Below are positions 43,005 through 56,102 of a stretch of DNA of 64,000 nucleotides, one piece after another. The stretch is taken from positions 19,228,658 to 19,292,657 of the forward strand of contig NC_087073.1 in the NCBI RefSeq assembly GCF_026151205.1, given 5' to 3'. Source of the DNA: Bolinopsis microptera. Taxonomy: Eukaryota. The notes under the pieces were generated by a model that worked only from the letters and a program-made list of their open reading frames with translations, was not told the origin of the DNA and searched no databases. A program made the position numbers and the translations under genes. Every line of letters begins with the position of its first letter. Position 1 is the first letter of the stretch.

Positions 43005-45188
43005 TTAGTTGGATAAATCCTGGAGAGCATCATTTTGTCCCCAAAGAAATTCGACTCTTCTAATGAATGCTTTTTGTGTGCTGCTTTTTGTTAACACTTC
43101 ATCTAGATAGGAATGTGAGTCAGCCCCACCCAGCTCTTCTTTTAGCTGCAGGTAACTGGTGTCTTGCACCTCCAGACACAATAGGAGCTGGTGTACAGGA
43201 GAATCATCGAAGCTGTTGCAGAAACGACAGGCCTCACCACTGTCACCACCCATGATCTTTTGGATATTCGCAAAGAGTGGTGAGCTGCCGTGAATGTAGT
43301 CCATTATTCGGCTGTCCAGATTTTTACTCGTGTTGTGCCCGAATAAGAAGTTGTTTTTGTCTAGGAGCAGCCCACTGTTTTTGATCTTTGTGATCACACC
43401 AAGTATCTTGGTCTCCTTGTTGTTACTGACAGTTCTGCATTGCAGATTTGTTTCGATGCTGTCAATCCAGATCTTATTTTTGTAGCTCATTATGTCTGCC
43501 TGAGTGTAATAGGCCAGATCCTTGAAATGTTGCTGCGTTAGGTCTATCATTCTGGTTCCGTGTGACTTATTTTCTTTCCAAAGGAAGTACTTTTTCAGTG
43601 ACATTGTTAAGACATGAAAGCTTGGTATTCTGCTTTCTTCAACTTGGTAGAGTGTAGCTGAGAGATTGTCACCTTGTGTGAGTACTTTGCACATGAATTT
43701 AACCGAAAGAGCTTCGAGTTGCACATCCAGTGGTGGGAGGTGGAGAGCAAGTTCGGTTAATTCCCTTTGTGGATTCAGGACTGATCCAGATATTTTTAGA
43801 ATGATTTTATTCCAGAAGCTTTTAAATTGATTGAGACACTTGTGAAGCCAAATAGGTGCTGCGTAGAACAGTTTAGTGAGGACCATTGTTTTAAGGAGGA
43901 GAGTGAGGCTGTAAACGTTTAGACCGTAGTTGCGGTTAGTTGATTTTGTTATTAATCCCCACTTTCTTTTGCATTCTTTAAGTTTTTGAGACGCATGTTT
44001 CTTGAAATTGAGGTCTTCATCTACTATTACCCCAAGGACCTTTGTGCTTTGGACGTAGTTGATGCTTTTCCCATTAATACATAATTCTGCAGGTTTCTGT
44101 TCTTCAGTATAAGCTGCAGTTTTCAAGATTATGGCCTCCGTTTTATTCGTATCACAGTTCACTACTAGCTTGTTCTTGATGCACCACTTGCTGAGGTGGT
44201 CACAAACCATCTGCATTTTTTCATGGCATCCGGAGATGTTCTCGAAGGAAATCATAAGTGTACCGTCATCAGCAAATTTGTAGCAGCTTAGATATCTTTT
44301 TACTTCTTCCGGGGTGTTGTGTGTCATGTCTGCTATGTATAGGATGAAGAGGAGAGGTGATAGTACAGCCCCCTGAGGTAATCCAAATATTGTACATTTT
44401 CTTTTTTCTCCTTTATAGTTGTTCACTTTTAGACATATCGTCCGGTTGAACAGGAAATTTCTCAGCACGTTAAGAATATTTCCTTGAATACCGAGAGTTG
44501 ATAGTTTGACACATAGTGATGGGAGATGAACACTATCAAATGCCTTTTCGAAGTCCAGGAAAAGCACTATACATGCCAGCTTCTGTCTTTTAACTTCCTC
44601 AAGGTTAGCCAGCATTCTGAAAAGATATCGCGTTGTTGATCTCCCTCCAATGAAACCTTCTTGATCTTCATCAAGAGTTCCTTCAATGTCCAGGAAGAGT
44701 CTCAATCTTTTATCTAGCACTCTTTCACAAATCTTTCCAAAGTAGGATGATATGGAAATCGGTCTATAAGCACCAGGTAACATGTAGCTGGATTTTCCTT
44801 CTTTCCTTAGGAATGTTACATCTGAAGTTTTCCACAGCCATTTTCCTGTGCTCATACACCAGTTAAATATAATCTGCAAGACGTGAAGACAATTTGTTTT
44901 CATATGTTTGAGGATGGTAGGGTGAATATTGTCTGCATCACATGATTTGTCATTTGTTTCTTGCCTTTCTATAGCTGCTTTTATCTCGTCCATAGAAATA
45001 GGGTTGTTCAGCGGATCATCTTCATTGTAACTACTTGCAGATTTGCTGCTATCATTCTGTAATTTACTGAACTCGTTATTTACATGCATGTCGTGCTCTC
45101 GGTCATTGGGTTGGTTTTGAAGGTGTTTTCCTGTGAAGAAAGTATTAAATAACAATTCCTCCTTATCTTTTTCAGATGTGACCAGCAA
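43005..45188 (-). CDS. LINE ORF2 reverse transcriptase (5'-truncated, no EN), FADD-type with a C-terminal Cys/His motif
   Basis: 727-aa ORF with PISISSYFGKICERVL, FLDFEKAFDSV, GLPQGAVLSPLLF, YKFADDGTLM and a C-terminal CRFCNSFDDSPVHQLLLC. Confidence 0.8.
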   Translation of the reverse strand: MLVTSEKDKEELLFNTFFTGKHLQNQPNDREHDMHVNNEFSKLQNDSSKSASSYNEDDPLNNPISMDEIKAAIERQETNDKSCDADNIHPTILKHMKTNCLHVLQIIFNWCMSTGKWLWKTSDVTFLRKEGKSSYMLPGAYRPISISSYFGKICERVLDKRLRLFLDIEGTLDEDQEGFIGGRSTTRYLFRMLANLEEVKRQKLACIVLFLDFEKAFDSVHLPSLCVKLSTLGIQGNILNVLRNFLFNRTICLKVNNYKGEKRKCTIFGLPQGAVLSPLLFILYIADMTHNTPEEVKRYLSCYKFADDGTLMISFENISGCHEKMQMVCDHLSKWCIKNKLVVNCDTNKTEAIILKTAAYTEEQKPAELCINGKSINYVQSTKVLGVIVDEDLNFKKHASQKLKECKRKWGLITKSTNRNYGLNVYSLTLLLKTMVLTKLFYAAPIWLHKCLNQFKSFWNKIILKISGSVLNPQRELTELALHLPPLDVQLEALSVKFMCKVLTQGDNLSATLYQVEESRIPSFHVLTMSLKKYFLWKENKSHGTRMIDLTQQHFKDLAYYTQADIMSYKNKIWIDSIETNLQCRTVSNNKETKILGVITKIKNSGLLLDKNNFLFGHNTSKNLDSRIMDYIHGSSPLFANIQKIMGGDSGEACRFCNSFDDSPVHQLLLCLEVQDTSYLQLKEELGGADSHSYLDEVLTKSSTQKAFIRRVEFLWGQNDALQDLSN

Positions 45189-45360
45189 GTCACAGTCTTT
45201 GAGGTTGCAGATAAAATTGTCAGTTAAGAAAGTCAGAAAGTCTTGTTAAGACAACAATACGACTTCGAATTTGACGGTCAGCAGCAGGGGGATATTAACA
45301 ATGATAATGAAGGGGACATTAGCGATAATGAGAATGAGAATACGCTTTAATGAAGATTTG

Positions 45361-45432
45361 ACTTATTATTGCTTAGATTTATTTGTAGCGCGATGCGTTA
45401 CTGTGCCGCGCCGAGCTGCGATGAATTGACAT
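45361..45432 (+). repeat. Dispersed repeat R1 (about 70 bp: TTTGTAGCGCGATGCGYTACTGTGCCGCGCCGAGCTGCG(CG)ATGAATTGACATCGTCAATTAAAG). Also at 47161-47233 (+) and 59054-59203 (-, split by a 24-bp tandem insert).
   Basis: Direct reading. Contains the small hairpin TTGAC-ATC-GTCAA. Confidence 0.8.
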
Positions 45433-46649
45433 CGTCAATTAAAGATTTATTTTCCTTTCAATAGACGTGTCTTTTTTTCTATTTCTGAGTAATATCAATA
45501 ACTGTAAATTGAAATAACTTCTTTAACAAGTAACAAAAAACAGAAATTTCGGTTGAAAATTTGTTGACCTCTGAAAAAAAAACTTGAAAGGTCGGCCACC
45601 GGTAAATTCATGACCGGGATAATTTGGCGGGTTTTGGGAAAGTCCGCCATATTTTTCCCGGTCATTAATTTTCCCAGTCATAAATTAACCCGCTATAATA
45701 TTCCCGAGTAACAAAGGGACTTGGAGTATAAACGACCAAGTTTGCATAAATTTTTATCCAACCAAAAATTCAGGAGGCAAAGGTTGGTGCGTAAACTATA
45801 TGGTCTGCACTCTCCGATCCTGTATCACCCTGGATTCTTTTCGACGTATCTTTGTAAAAGGTATATATACCTTTTATATGTACCATATGTACCTTCTAGT
45901 CAATCTTTTGCTACTCCAAGTCCGATCCCCTAGGATATCTGATCTAAAGTTCGTGCTAGTTATATATATGAAATATATTTTTTTCTGCTTTATATATATT
46001 AATTGATACTAATATAAATAAAATTTTTGTTTTCCCCCTAGGATGTAGGATATCTGATCTAAAGTTCGTGCTAGTTATATATATGAAATATATTTTTTTC
46101 TGCTTTATATATATTAATTGATACTAATATAAATAAAATTGTTGTTTTCTTGAAATTGTTGTTTTTTTGTAAGTAAAGTACAAAATTTTAAAAATAGGGT
46201 AGCCAAGACACCTCACAATAATCAATAATAATAATTCTATACAGTTACATAATTGAAATAATTATTGCCCCTTATTGTGGGCAGAGTACGTGTCTTTGTT
46301 GAAATGTCCTAGTATAAACTTATCTGAGTCACTGCATTGAAATGATTTAAGGAGACGAGATCGAGAGTTATTTTAAAACTTTAAGACGAAAGGGATAAAT
46401 ACTAGGACCTAATAAAATCAAAACAAAATGATTTGAAACACCTAGCTCACAGCAAAGTAGACCAGAATGGCTCTTGCTTGGGAAAGGTGCATTAACTACC
46501 CGCCGAAGCGGTGGGTTTGGGGTCGGGAGTCCCTCCTGGGATCATTTCGTCCGCAAAGTTGTACACAATACAAAAGCTACAATGAGTTATTTGGAGGACT
46601 TCGCCGCTTTGACGCGCCGCGCAAACAAGCATTCTTGCTTCGCCTTGTA

Positions 46650-46770
46650 GGTTTACAACTTACCTGAGGACCCCAGGCTATTATGTTCATTAACATAATA
46701 AAGATTTGGCGGAATGACATTAACATAATAAAGATTTGGCGGAATGACAGGCTGAGCGCGGCCCAGTAAG
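46650..46770. repeat. Dispersed repeat R3 (TTACCTGAGGACCCCAGGCTATTATGTTCATTAACATAA(TAA)AGATTTGGCGGAATGACAGGCTGAGCGCGGCCCAGTAAG), partly duplicated here. Also at 50241-50335 and 54011-54088. An adjacent related repeat R2 lies at 46771-46935 (-) and 54330-54500 (+).
   Basis: Direct reading. R3 and R2 co-occur at both loci, suggesting one composite SINE-like unit. Confidence 0.65.
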
Positions 46771-47289
46771 TTTACAACCTACCAGGACGCACGCCGAGTT
46801 GGACTCGTCGAGAACAGATATTTTACGAGTATCACCCGTTAAGCTTCGCCTCGAAGCAAGAACAAATAATGCTAGTTGCTTTGCTTTGCAGAGCAACGAT
46901 CTGGAAGGGTTGACATCGTCAATCAATAAGTACTATACCACAGTACTATAAATGGCCGCCAACTCGGCGCGCGTCTTGGTACTGGTAGGCTATAATGAAA
47001 TTAAAGACGATAGTTGTAGTGGCGTAACGTTGCCTGTTGGCGCGCCCTCCCTTTAAGCCCCCCTCGGCCTTAAAATTGAACAAATTAGGCGATTTTATAC
47101 GATACGCCGGAAAAATCTTTTAAAAAGTGTGTTTCTAAGCCAAAGCAAAACGCGCAGTTAAGTTTTTTTGTAGCGCGATGCGCTACTGTGCCGCGCCGAG
47201 CTGCGCGATGAATTGACATCGTCAATTAAAGTTTTTCAAAATTGTCTCACGTTCAAACGACGATTTGGCGCCCCCCCTCATTTACGGTT

Positions 47290-47690
47290 CCAATTAGATT
47301 AAGACCTCTTCAGGGAAACACAGTATTACAGTATATTTATTTCTAGTTCCTGGCATCCAATAATTTAATTTTATTCCCCTTGATGGTTCCAATTAGATTA
47401 AGACCTCTTCAGGGAAACACAGTATTCCAGTATATTTATTTCTAGTTCCTGGCATCCAATAATTTAATTTTATTCCCCTTGATGGTTCCAATTAGATTAA
47501 GACCTCTTCAGGGAAACACAGTATTACAGTATATTTATTTCTAGTTCCTGGCATCCAATAATTTTATTTCATTCCCCTTGATGGTTCCAATTAGATTAAG
47601 ACCTCTTCAGGGAAACACAGTATTACAGTATATTTATTTCTAGTTCCTGGCATCCAATAATTTTATTTCATTCCCCTTGAAAAATAAATA
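47290..47690. repeat. Roughly 99-bp tandem repeat x4 (CCAATTAGATTAAGACCTCTTCAGGGAAACACAGTATTACAGTATATTTATTTCTAGTTCCTGGCATCCAATAATTTAATTTTATTCCCCTTGATGGTT)
   Basis: Direct reading. Confidence 0.9.
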
Positions 47691-48010
47691 AATTCTGGCA
47701 TCTTGGGACAAATTATCACCACACCAATGGCGAATTGAATGTCAAGCAATACAGTTTAAATTTGCATTAAAATACATGTATGTGCTAACATGAAAGTCTT
47801 ACAGTCTTAATACAGACTAAGTTTGAACATGATTTTACCGAATTTCAGAAATTTCCTTACTGCTTACTGTCACAAAAAATGATGAAAAATACCCTTATTT
47901 TCTGTGACGTCCGAAATTTGACGGTTTTTGTTCAATTTCGCCATATTTTCGGACCGCCAAAATTTCGGTCGTCGCAAATTAGGCCGCCATAAATATGTCT
48001 TGTAAGGTAT

Positions 48011-48274
48011 ATGGGCATGAAGGAGACACCTCTAGACTTTCTGTCCTGTAGAGAGTGTGGGAGACATTCCCCTGTCATCCTCTTTGATGTGAAAGCAATA
48101 GATAAAGGCTCTGACGGCAAACCTGATGTCTACCCCATACAATTTGATGACTTGTGGAACATCACCAAGCAGAAACCCGGATCTAACGTCATATACGGGA
48201 TGATTGACATGCTTAAATTAAACAAGAAGGGGACACTGAGACAACGGGCGGAGAGAATAATAGAACTCGACTGA
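48011..48274 (+). CDS. Small unassigned ORF (87 aa). Product not recognised; may be a spurious ORF or an isolated exon.
   Basis: ORF track only. Confidence 0.15.
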   Translation: MGMKETPLDFLSCRECGRHSPVILFDVKAIDKGSDGKPDVYPIQFDDLWNITKQKPGSNVIYGMIDMLKLNKKGTLRQRAERIIELD

Positions 48275-49012
48275 CTTACTGACTTGACTGACCTAAGGCC
48301 CCACAGCCAGAAACCATAGCAGATAATCTGCAAGGAAATTTTCGATTTCGGAGGAAATTTTTGGTGCCAAAGAGGAAATTTATAAAGTCTACGATCTGAA
48401 TTTTTTACCATGAATTTTCTGGGGTAAAGAGGAGATTTTCTAAAAACAATCCAAAATTGTTGACAAATGAAAGAGGAAAAAACTAACAGTTCTTTGAATC
48501 GTTCTTGAAACTGTGTTTGAAAATGATCTCTATTGCCAAATTGCTTCTAGGCCTTCTGTGTGGGAAAAATCATCAAGAATTTTTGCCTGCGGCAAACATA
48601 TCTTCAATTCCTGTCTGTGCGAAAGTTTAAGTTGTATGCACTCTATATTTCTCAGGACATGGTTGCGTCTACTCTGCAAGGCACATTACACATATAATAA
48701 TAATTTGTGATAACTACGACAGATGGTGCAAGCTGGCCATGTTTTACTTGTGGGTTGTAGGAGAAAGCCGTTTTGTAATACACTATTTTGAAGGACTTCA
48801 GATATTTTGTTATTGTAGATTTTAATGTGGCCAAGCAAAAACGCAAAAAAAATGTTCTGGGGCCTAGCTTTGAATGCTTAAGACTGTCTTGCTTCACTCG
48901 CCGACATTGCAAAAAAGGAAAGTTTGCGAGCGAAGCGAGCGGGCCACAGAAAACAGAAAATGTGTATCTGCGAGGAAATTTTTAACTTTCTGGATGTGGG
49001 CTTAAGGCGGCT

Positions 49013-49522
49013 TCAGCGTCCGAGTATTGATGCGCTGTCTCTGGATAGAACTCTATCCGCCATAAGTCCGCTCATTTCTCCAGTGTCGTTGAGACCCGTG
49101 TCAGCTCGTGGGCTATCAACATAAGTCATGGCTGGTCTCCCCCTACTCCGTACCCCATGAGTTGGTTCCCAGAGTAGCAAGCGGTTTGCGACTAGTTCTG
49201 GGTGCCGGTGGATATGGCCTGCTAGTCGCATCCTGCGCTCTTGGATCTTCATGGTTGCTCTCGGTAGGTTGCCGTAGACTTCTTTGTTGGTTTTGCGCTG
49301 CTTCCAATCCACATTTAGTGCCATCCTTATCATTCTAGTGTTGCAGCCATCAATGCGTTTCTTCAATTGCTCTGTCAACGTCCACGTTTCAGAACCATAA
49401 AGAAGTATTGACTCCACAGTAGCAACAAACAATGCCAGTCTGGTGAAGATGGTTTCCAGAAGCTGACAGTCTACAATTGTATGGTTGTTGTTATTGAACA
49501 GTGAACACCCCTTCCGAGACAT
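49013..49522 (-). mobile_element. 3' fragment of an RTE-like non-LTR retrotransposon (RT thumb / C-terminal region)
   Basis: LLYGSETWTLTEQLKKRIDGCNTRMIRMALNVDWKQRKTNKEVYG...RRMRLAGHIHRH...LLLWEPTHGVRSRGRPAMTY is the conserved RTE/BovB-type ORF2 C-terminus. Confidence 0.7.
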
Positions 49523-52500
49523 CTGTGTAATGTGTATCGATATGGAGTCTGACAGGTGAAACAGAACTTAACATGTATGTCAACAGTCGTCACTGCCTCC
49601 TTCTGTAACCAACTGCCCTGGTTACAGTGGGTGCAGATTTTCTTGGATGGAATACGTTTTGACAGGGATTTGACTGACATTCCGTCTTACACACGAGTGG
49701 ATTACACTCAGTGGAATGCGTTTGTTTTCCATCGCATGTTTTAGCATAGGCTCTACAGTTGAATCACCCCTTGGTGGATATTGTAGGGGCAGCCCCGAGG
49801 CAGATAACTCAGTCTCAACCTGATTCATGGTAAGATCATGAACACAACACAGATCACTATTCGTTCACTAAAAAGTTTGTACAGATTGCTGGGAAGAGTG
49901 GTGGACTTCTCACAGTTATGTGTCCACATGAATATGTGTAGGGTTTAAGGTCCTCTACCTGCATGAAGGGGCATCGGATTACGTTCAGTTCCTTAGATCA
50001 TGGCAGCATATTCCGTCAATATCTGTTGTGGACTTTGCTCCCCAAGTGGCCCGCTATGCCGAGAAGCAGTTCCCTGGTATGCTGCCACCATACGGAGGAA
50101 AGCTGGCAGACTCTTCAAAACCGGAGATCCCGCAATTCATCAAATCCGGCGGCCTCATAAGCTTCGATGAGCTGTGGCACCACAAAGTTTAAACTGTGAA
50201 ATCCAACCCTAGAGACCATCCTGTAACCAAGTTAAGCCACAAGTTACCTGGGGACCTCAGGCTATTATATTTATGTCCATAATCATAGATAGAGATTCGG
50301 TGGAATGACAGTGCTGGCTGAGCGTCGCCCAGTAAGCCATAAGTACATCTTATTTGACAGATATCATGAGGTGACTTTTAAAAATCCATTAGATATATTT
50401 CATCTGTTGGATATTTGCGCACAGCTGCTACGGAATAGAATAAACACATCAATTTGTGAGCAAAATCACAAGGAATGAGCTTAATAGGTACAGATATTCA
50501 TTATATAACATGTCGGGGATGAAATTCCTGCTGTTACATTCATATATCTTATGAGAAACAGGTCTACTATAGAAAAGAAAAAGAAGTTTGAGAAAAACCT
50601 GGGGTATGAGCTAGATGTGTTTGAGGAGACCGGTCAGTGGGTGGAATAGGGAGTGAAGCCTGTTACCATTTCTCCACTCTTTAGGAAAATAGAGCCAGCA
50701 TCGAAGATTAATAATCGCCTGCCAGTTCCTGTAGCAACTAAATCATCTAGTGAGTGCGTGAGGATGGTGACCGGATTTTTTGAAGAGAAGAACATCCAAC
50801 AGCAAGGAATGTGAAATATATCAGTGTCTTGCCGTGCCAACAGCAGTCTCAGCAGACGGATAACTTCTCATGTGGACCTCTATGCTTTCTCTCCTAGCTC
50901 CAACTACAACCGAAATACTGTAATATAAGCCCATCACCCTCTTCATCAGCCTCTGGAAAGCCACTTGAAGTACCTACAGGTGTATCTATACTAGTATACT
51001 CATTCCACTAGCATGTAACATGTGCACGTAATCATTATAATGAGCTTTCTTCACTTCTTCACTTATCACTCAACCCAGCTCTCTCTTCCAGTGCTCTGGA
51101 TTTGGAGGACTTAATTAATGATACACTCAATTAATATACTTGTTAATTGATCTTTGATGTAATTTCTATTCGGTCTATTATTTTAATTTTGTTCGTGCAT
51201 GGAGCGAGTCATATGTGTATTAAATTTCGTAATGAAGACTGCTTTCAATTCCTAATTGAATTTGTTTTAGTTCTTAGTACAATATTTTAAGAGATCTAGA
51301 GAAAAGGAAGTTTTGATATTATGGTTTCGTACACGCTGCTTTGCCTTTAAAGCTTTAATAACTTAACTTCCTGGGTTGATGTTATACAGGTGGGCTGTGT
51401 AGAATAATTTTAAATTTGCTTTTAAGTTGTAAAACTTTTACTTAGCAGTGTGAGAACAACTGCAAAAGAGCAAACTGATATAAGTGCCACAATAACTCTA
51501 TCCTAAATTAACAGCCTTCCCAGCAATGCACGATAAATTAATATAAAAATAGTGTATAGTACAAATAGTACACACTACACCGTATTATGTACTATATTAA
51601 TGCTAATGGTACACAGGCACATTCAATCATTTAGTAACCTGAAATGTTTAGCCAGTGAATTATTTTAATGTTATATTTTACACACTGTTCCGCATGATGA
51701 GTGGTATATTAAAGCTTCGTTACCGGGACTACTGTATTTCGTTTACTTGTTAATCCGACCGACTGGTTTAAACTTTTTAAAAAGTGTGTTATCTTCAAAT
51801 TAATTCTGAGACCCACTCAATTAAATCAATACGATGCTGTATTCCGTGTTTACATTGTTCCTAATTACATTGTTAACTTCATCCATGATCGCTAATAAGC
51901 TTAATGACATTGTTTGTAATTTAGCACTTCTTTTTCACTTGTTTACAAAAGAGATATGACTCTGAATTTTTCAGCTCCAGTACCTTGGTCGAGTGAAATC
52001 GTTTCTGCTCAGATGTCCGCTGGAGTGCTTCGTCCGCTGGAGTACTTCGTGATGTAATTGTTCTAAGGATGAACAAAGGTAGTACAAAGTTTTAGATTGT
52101 AAATCTTTAGAATCATACTGTCTAGTGCCTAATCGTTCAAAATCTGGCGAGTAACTGAGATAATTAAAACCTGATTGAGATTTGAAAAGTCTCAATTATA
52201 CCATTGTAGAGTCACGAATTGTATTTTTTAAATTTCAGCATAATGATGAGAGAGGGCTATCAATGTCTGGGATTTCTGCTGCTTTGTTACAGTCATCTGA
52301 CTTTTTACTCGGTGACTTTCTGAGGAAAGAGTTCTGCTAAAAAAGATAAAGAAGATATGCACGCGAGACATGTTTACTCTGAGATTATGCTGATACCGGA
52401 TGCGTCACAAGCACATACTATTCAAACTGCAAATCGGAGAACTTTTTTTCTAATCCTGAACTTGATTTAAAATCCTTACTTAAAATCAGTTCTCGTCCAA

Positions 52501-54744
52501 TACTTTACAGAGATTGCATCTAAGAGAGTAACAGGACGCTCGCAATATCTTGTATATATATATATTTCGTTGCTGTACTCCTACACATTAAAAGTCGGTG
52601 TTGATAATATATACAAGATATTATATAATATATATTGTTAGTCAGCCACAACTGTCATTAAAACAACGCCTTGACATCAAATGTCGGTAAAATGTACCTT
52701 TACAGTCATCCTCAATAAATGTAATAGATTTGTAGTGTTGTAATTAGTTTAAAACTATATATATATATATACTTTCTTGTGTTTTAAGTCATATCTTAAG
52801 TTTGGCACATATAAATACTCCAATACTCTCACACATTATCCGCCATATAACGATGTAACTATCTGGAAAGTTTAAAGAAAGTCTATCAGTCAGACCTTGA
52901 GAAAATCAAAAATATATTCAAAGTTATTCACTAAAACACTCTATTTTCGAACAGATTTATCGTTCTGGTACCAAAATGCTTTACCATAATAAACGTACGG
53001 CGCGAGAACATTTTCTCGTCCAAAGTCTGACAGTTAACAACATGCGTAGGATTCCCTCAAGAGGTGAAAACGTAATCGCCACCCTCATTTACGTCTCTAA
53101 AATGCATGGTAGGATTGGCAGTTTATAATTATATACCTCATTGTTTATTTAAATAAGTATGAAGTAGATAACTTTTAACGAGCAAATTATAAGTAGGCAG
53201 TGCGCCATCGACAATAAGACGCGCGCGCTGACCATTGAATGGTTTTTTAGTTCTAATTTCGGCCAGCACATTATTTATTTTGGAAACAATCGAAAAGTTA
53301 TAATTTAATACTTCCCATATAACAATTTTGTTGAAATTTGGTCAGCTTACGTAAACACTTATGTTCTACTAAACATAATTTAGTTTGAGCAATTTCGATG
53401 GTCAGAATTTGAGTTATCAACTAATTTATTGACCATTGTTAATGATCTGGCCCGGCGCGCGCTACTTCGTAGCTCTTACCTATTTTGTCATTTTTAGACC
53501 TCTTAATCAAAGCCGATCTCTCCCAACTAAATTGCGTTCGGTAGTTAAGTATGATTGGAAGGTTCTGACAAATTTTCAGCATGATTCATGTTCAGGAACC
53601 GAAGATATGACAGAATAATACGACAAAAATCCAAAAGCCGCGCACCATCAAATATGGCACCTAGGCGATACTCGCGGATCATTCCAAAAAGGTATAATAA
53701 ATTTGGTACTGTGAAAATTCTCACACGTCACAGTCTCTAGAAAACGATGGTACAAAAATTTTGAAAATCCGAGCAAGTTTATTTTATCGTGCACCGCCTA
53801 TTATAAGCAAATTTTAATTGCAAAACTCAATTAAGACACATGATAAGGACATTTGTTTGTGCTTAAAAGTGTGTAAAACAATTATTGTAGCTAAAAGTAA
53901 ATACTAATAGCTTGAACTTTCCTAATATGTAATATAATGAAGTCTAATGAAAATATTTTGAAAATAATTAGAGAAAATAGTATGTTTTGGGCGAATTACA
54001 CCTAAAAATGACTTACCTGAGGACCCCAGGCTATTATGTTCATTAACATAAAGATTTGGCGGAATGACAGGCTGAGCGCGGCCCAGTAAAAAATGACCAG
54101 AAAAAGAAGGAAAACTACTAAACTTTGTCTCGATATCAACTTGAAATTATCTAGATAAGTAGATATTAAGAAATTATGGGTTTTAAAGGGGCCTGACCCA
54201 AAAGTTTGTTTTTTTTACACTACGCGGCACAACAAAATCTATTAAGCTCCTGAATTATTTGAGGTCTAAGAGTGCGGATTCTGTGTAAGCACTTTGCACG
54301 ATCTCATAGACCTCTCTCATGGTTTTAACGAGTGGGGTCAAAGATCCCGGGTCTTCCTCTCTCCCAACTTGAAGTAAAATATTCATTAACGGGTGATACT
54401 CGTAAAATATCTGTTCCATATATTGGACCGTCGACCATATACAGGACCGTCGACGAGTCCAACTCGGCGCGTGTCCTGGTAGGTTGTAAACCTACAAACC
54501 AAGCTCTAACATCGCTATGCACACATTTTCAAAAACTTGGTGATGAATATGAACTCCCTAAACCTTATCGGACGTTATTTGACCGGACATTGCGTGAACG
54601 GACATAATTTCGAACGGACATTAAAATGAACTCTTCGAAGGCATTCATGATCAGTATTTAACTTTAAGTTAACTACCTTATCGCATATTATTTGAACGGA
54701 TATCAAAATGAGGGCCTCCAGCGTCCAATTAATGTCCGTTCAAA

Positions 54745-54975
54745 TAAAGTCCGATACTTACAGAGCCTAAATAAAGTCCGATACTTACAGACCTAAGTAA
54801 AGTCCGATACTTACAGAGCCTAAATAAAGTTCGATACTTACAGAGCCTAAGTAAAGTCCGATACTTACAGAGCCTAAATAAAGTCCGATACTTACAGAGC
54901 CTAAATAAAGTCCGATACTTACAGAGCCTAAATAAAGTCCGATACTTACAGATCCAAAATAAAGTCCGACACTAA
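54745..54975. repeat. 27-bp minisatellite (AGCCTAAATAAAGTCCGATACTTACAG)n, about 8 copies
   Basis: Direct reading. Units are contiguous with no unique spacers. Confidence 0.9.
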
Positions 54976-56102
54976 CAGAGCCTAAGACGGCGAATATCTT
55001 GCTGATCTCCTCATAGGCGAGAATATACGTCTGAAGGTTCACGTGACTCTAGCCCACTGTAGTAATACTCGCTGTTACAGTGGCTACGTGATGTGAAGTA
55101 CCCACTGTAATACTTTCTATAAACTTAACTCGAACCTGAGGTGGGAGATTAGAGCTGGATAGATTGTGATATCGTAGTAAGTAATAGAAACACAATTCGC
55201 TTTGCTTGAGTCCATTATCTTACGTAAGCTGAGTGGTCATTTAAAGATGCTTGCTGAAAAGAGCGAGGTAGTGTCGAACTATAAATTTTAAGGAAGAGGC
55301 TGACTTGAACAATTACATTACAATTAAAATGGAAACTATCTTACCAGATCTAGGTCTTCCATCTGACAAGCTGAACAGAGGAAACACAGAGGAAATGCAC
55401 CCCACCAGATACAAGCTCAGCAGATCAGTACAGGCATTATTCTTCGCCTGGTAACCATGTCAGCGGGGCCCTTCGTTGCGCCACTGCTAATATGCCTGGA
55501 ATGTTAGTAATAGTATGACTATGCAATATGTACCCTCCCCCCTCCTGTACTACTTTAGAATAACTCTGCACATGGTCGCTAAATAGTTCCTAATTACGCT
55601 ACCCTCGCGGAACACAGAAACATGCATTAGGGCTCCAAAATTTATAAAAGCGCCATTTCAATAGCAATTTGTGGCGTCATTGATAACGAGCTGGTGGTTC
55701 TCGTACTCAGTTCCATTCAGACCGGTCTTTCAAATGGTTTGCTTTGCTTGTTTTCTGAGCATTTGTATAATAGTCAGTGGATCGTCACGGAGACGAAAGC
55801 AGAAGGGAAGAGAGACGAAAAGAAAAAATGGAATGTGGCTGCAGCTGATAACAGTACAGCATTGCAACCTCATCAGCCCGTTGCGGATCTTAATAGAATA
55901 TCAGGACTGATTGTTGACGATACTTTCATAAAAGCAGGAAAATCTGATAGAAAAAGTTCCGAACACAACAGATATAAAAACATTACAAAAGAGGTGGAGG
56001 AAGAAAGTGGAGGAGAGAAAGTTCTAGAGGCTCCTAGTAGTGTGTGCAGGAATAATAATAAAAAGAAAAAGGGAAATTGTACTAATTCGACTTTAACGGC
56101 AA

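Noticed and set aside
50634-50840. 68-aa minus-strand ORF with LLIFDAGS-like motif
   Set aside because: Too short and unsupported. No recognisable domain.
54745-54975. CRISPR-like regular array (also 15771-16135 and 47290-47690)
   Set aside because: Units are contiguous with no unique spacers, and the context is eukaryotic. These are minisatellites.
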